Both the position numbers and the translations under genes were made by a program. A DNA stretch of 39,548 nt. It comes from an archaeon (lineage in GTDB: Archaea > EX4484-52 > B79-G9). The stretch covers positions 1-39,548 of the forward strand of contig JBDRKP010000023.1 of the NCBI GenBank assembly GCA_043813875.1, written 5' to 3'. The notes beneath the pieces are model-generated. The model was not told the DNA's origin and did not search any database. It was given only the letters and a program-made list of their open reading frames with translations. Positions 38,529 through 39,548 of the stretch are shown here, one piece after another. The first letter of the stretch is position 1, and the number at the start of each line of letters is the position of its first letter.

Positions 38529-39548
38529 TCAAAATGTCACTAGCATCTTTTTCTTTTTATCCTTATTATACATGGAACTTATATCATACAATGTCTTTTG
38601 ATTAGGGCTTTTTTTCTTTCTTGCGAACAGCCCGGTTATTCTTTTGATGACACCCTCATTTTTTCTGTTATTATATGATGCAGTACCATGATTTCCATAG
38701 TTAAAAACAGCAGGTTTCAAAGGTTTCGATATATTTTTTCCTTTTATCATCATTTTCAGCACACTGATATCTCTAAGCAGGTTTTCATTAAATGTCCCCT
38801 TCTTCTCTTTTATTCTGAATCCTTTCTGAGGATGATATCCGATGCTGCTTGTTCGTTGATTTTCATTGTAATATTGGAATCCGAATAAACCTGCTATTAC
38901 AATTATGATCAATATCGCGCCATTCCTGATCCAATGGCTTCCCGTCTTGCTTGCGTCAATCTCCTCTTCATCGAGCTTCGATTTAATCTCAATCATCAAA
39001 GACTCCGCAGACATTTGGTATTCATATGCGGCAAGGTAATTTCCATCAGCAATAGCCATTCTTGCTTTCTCCAGATGGTCTTTTACCTTTGCGATCGTAC
39101 TCTTCAGTTCAGTAAGATTTGTATTATTCTGATATTTATGCAATAGTACCTGCAGTCTATCGAACAGTTCAATGTAATCTGAATTTAGCTTAATGATTGT
39201 GCTATTTATCACTGTCTTTTCATCATCATTTGGCAGGACTTTCATAGTGAATGTCAGATCCGCTTTAGCATCATTGGACTCCGCATGAGCGATCATTTCA
39301 TAATTCCCGATGGAATAATCAGTCGTATTTATTTCCAGTTTGATAGATTCAATGACTCCTTTTTCAAGAGTTTTCAGATACTCTGAAATAATCTGATAAG
39401 ACTCGGATATATCGGCAGTGTTGTCTTTCAGTTTCAGCTCAAATTTCAGGTCAGTTAACGTCTTTTCACCATCATTCTTAATCTTGAATGTGATATTGCG
39501 CGATTCACCATGATTGATTTCAAGATTTTCCGGCGCTCCAATTATGCT
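38529..39548 (-). CDS. C-terminal part of a large cell-surface protein (CARDB/Ig-like domain, helical region, TM anchor); 5' partial
   Basis: Frame is open to the window end (SIIGAPENLEINHGESRNITFKIKNDGEKTLTDL...); N-glycosylation sequons; TM AILIIIVIAGLFGF followed by a basic tail. Confidence 0.7.
   Translation of the reverse strand, partial: SIIGAPENLEINHGESRNITFKIKNDGEKTLTDLKFELKLKDNTADISESYQIISEYLKTLEKGVIESIKLEINTTDYSIGNYEMIAHAESNDAKADLTFTMKVLPNDDEKTVINSTIIKLNSDYIELFDRLQVLLHKYQNNTNLTELKSTIAKVKDHLEKARMAIADGNYLAAYEYQMSAESLMIEIKSKLDEEEIDASKTGSHWIRNGAILIIIVIAGLFGFQYYNENQRTSSIGYHPQKGFRIKEKKGTFNENLLRDISVLKMMIKGKNISKPLKPAVFNYGNHGTASYNNRKNEGVIKRITGLFARKKKSPNQKTLYDISSMYNKDKKKKMLVTF

Overview
Archaeal chromosomal window (nop5, fibrillarin, rps17e, type-2 IPP isomerase, archaeal ribC/ribK, TATA-type promoters, GGAGGTGAT-type SD sites); DPANN-like affinity is an inference from the pilus genes and bacterial-type ThrRS. 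From left to right it contains: the end of an IS3-family element; a Zn-ribbon/nuclease-like gene; a hybrid riboflavin cluster split by an AT-rich island (HEPN-motif protein + DUF2130-like protein), with a candidate RbkR operator; thrS-ACT-hom; uvrB; pyk; nop5 with a repeat-expanded tail; a BRO-N gene broken by an 80-nt double hairpin; fibrillarin; a type IV pilus-like locus; fni; and a partial surface protein. The best candidate for a new system is 19207-22701: a methyltransferase-TPR gene, three tandem paralogous small membrane proteins with a variable Cys...GYPFA loop, and a radical SAM/SPASM enzyme, resembling a RiPP-like pathway with membrane-embedded precursors. Several genes appear to start at ATT/ATA behind strong SD sites. 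All family calls are from motif recognition by eye; no searches were run.
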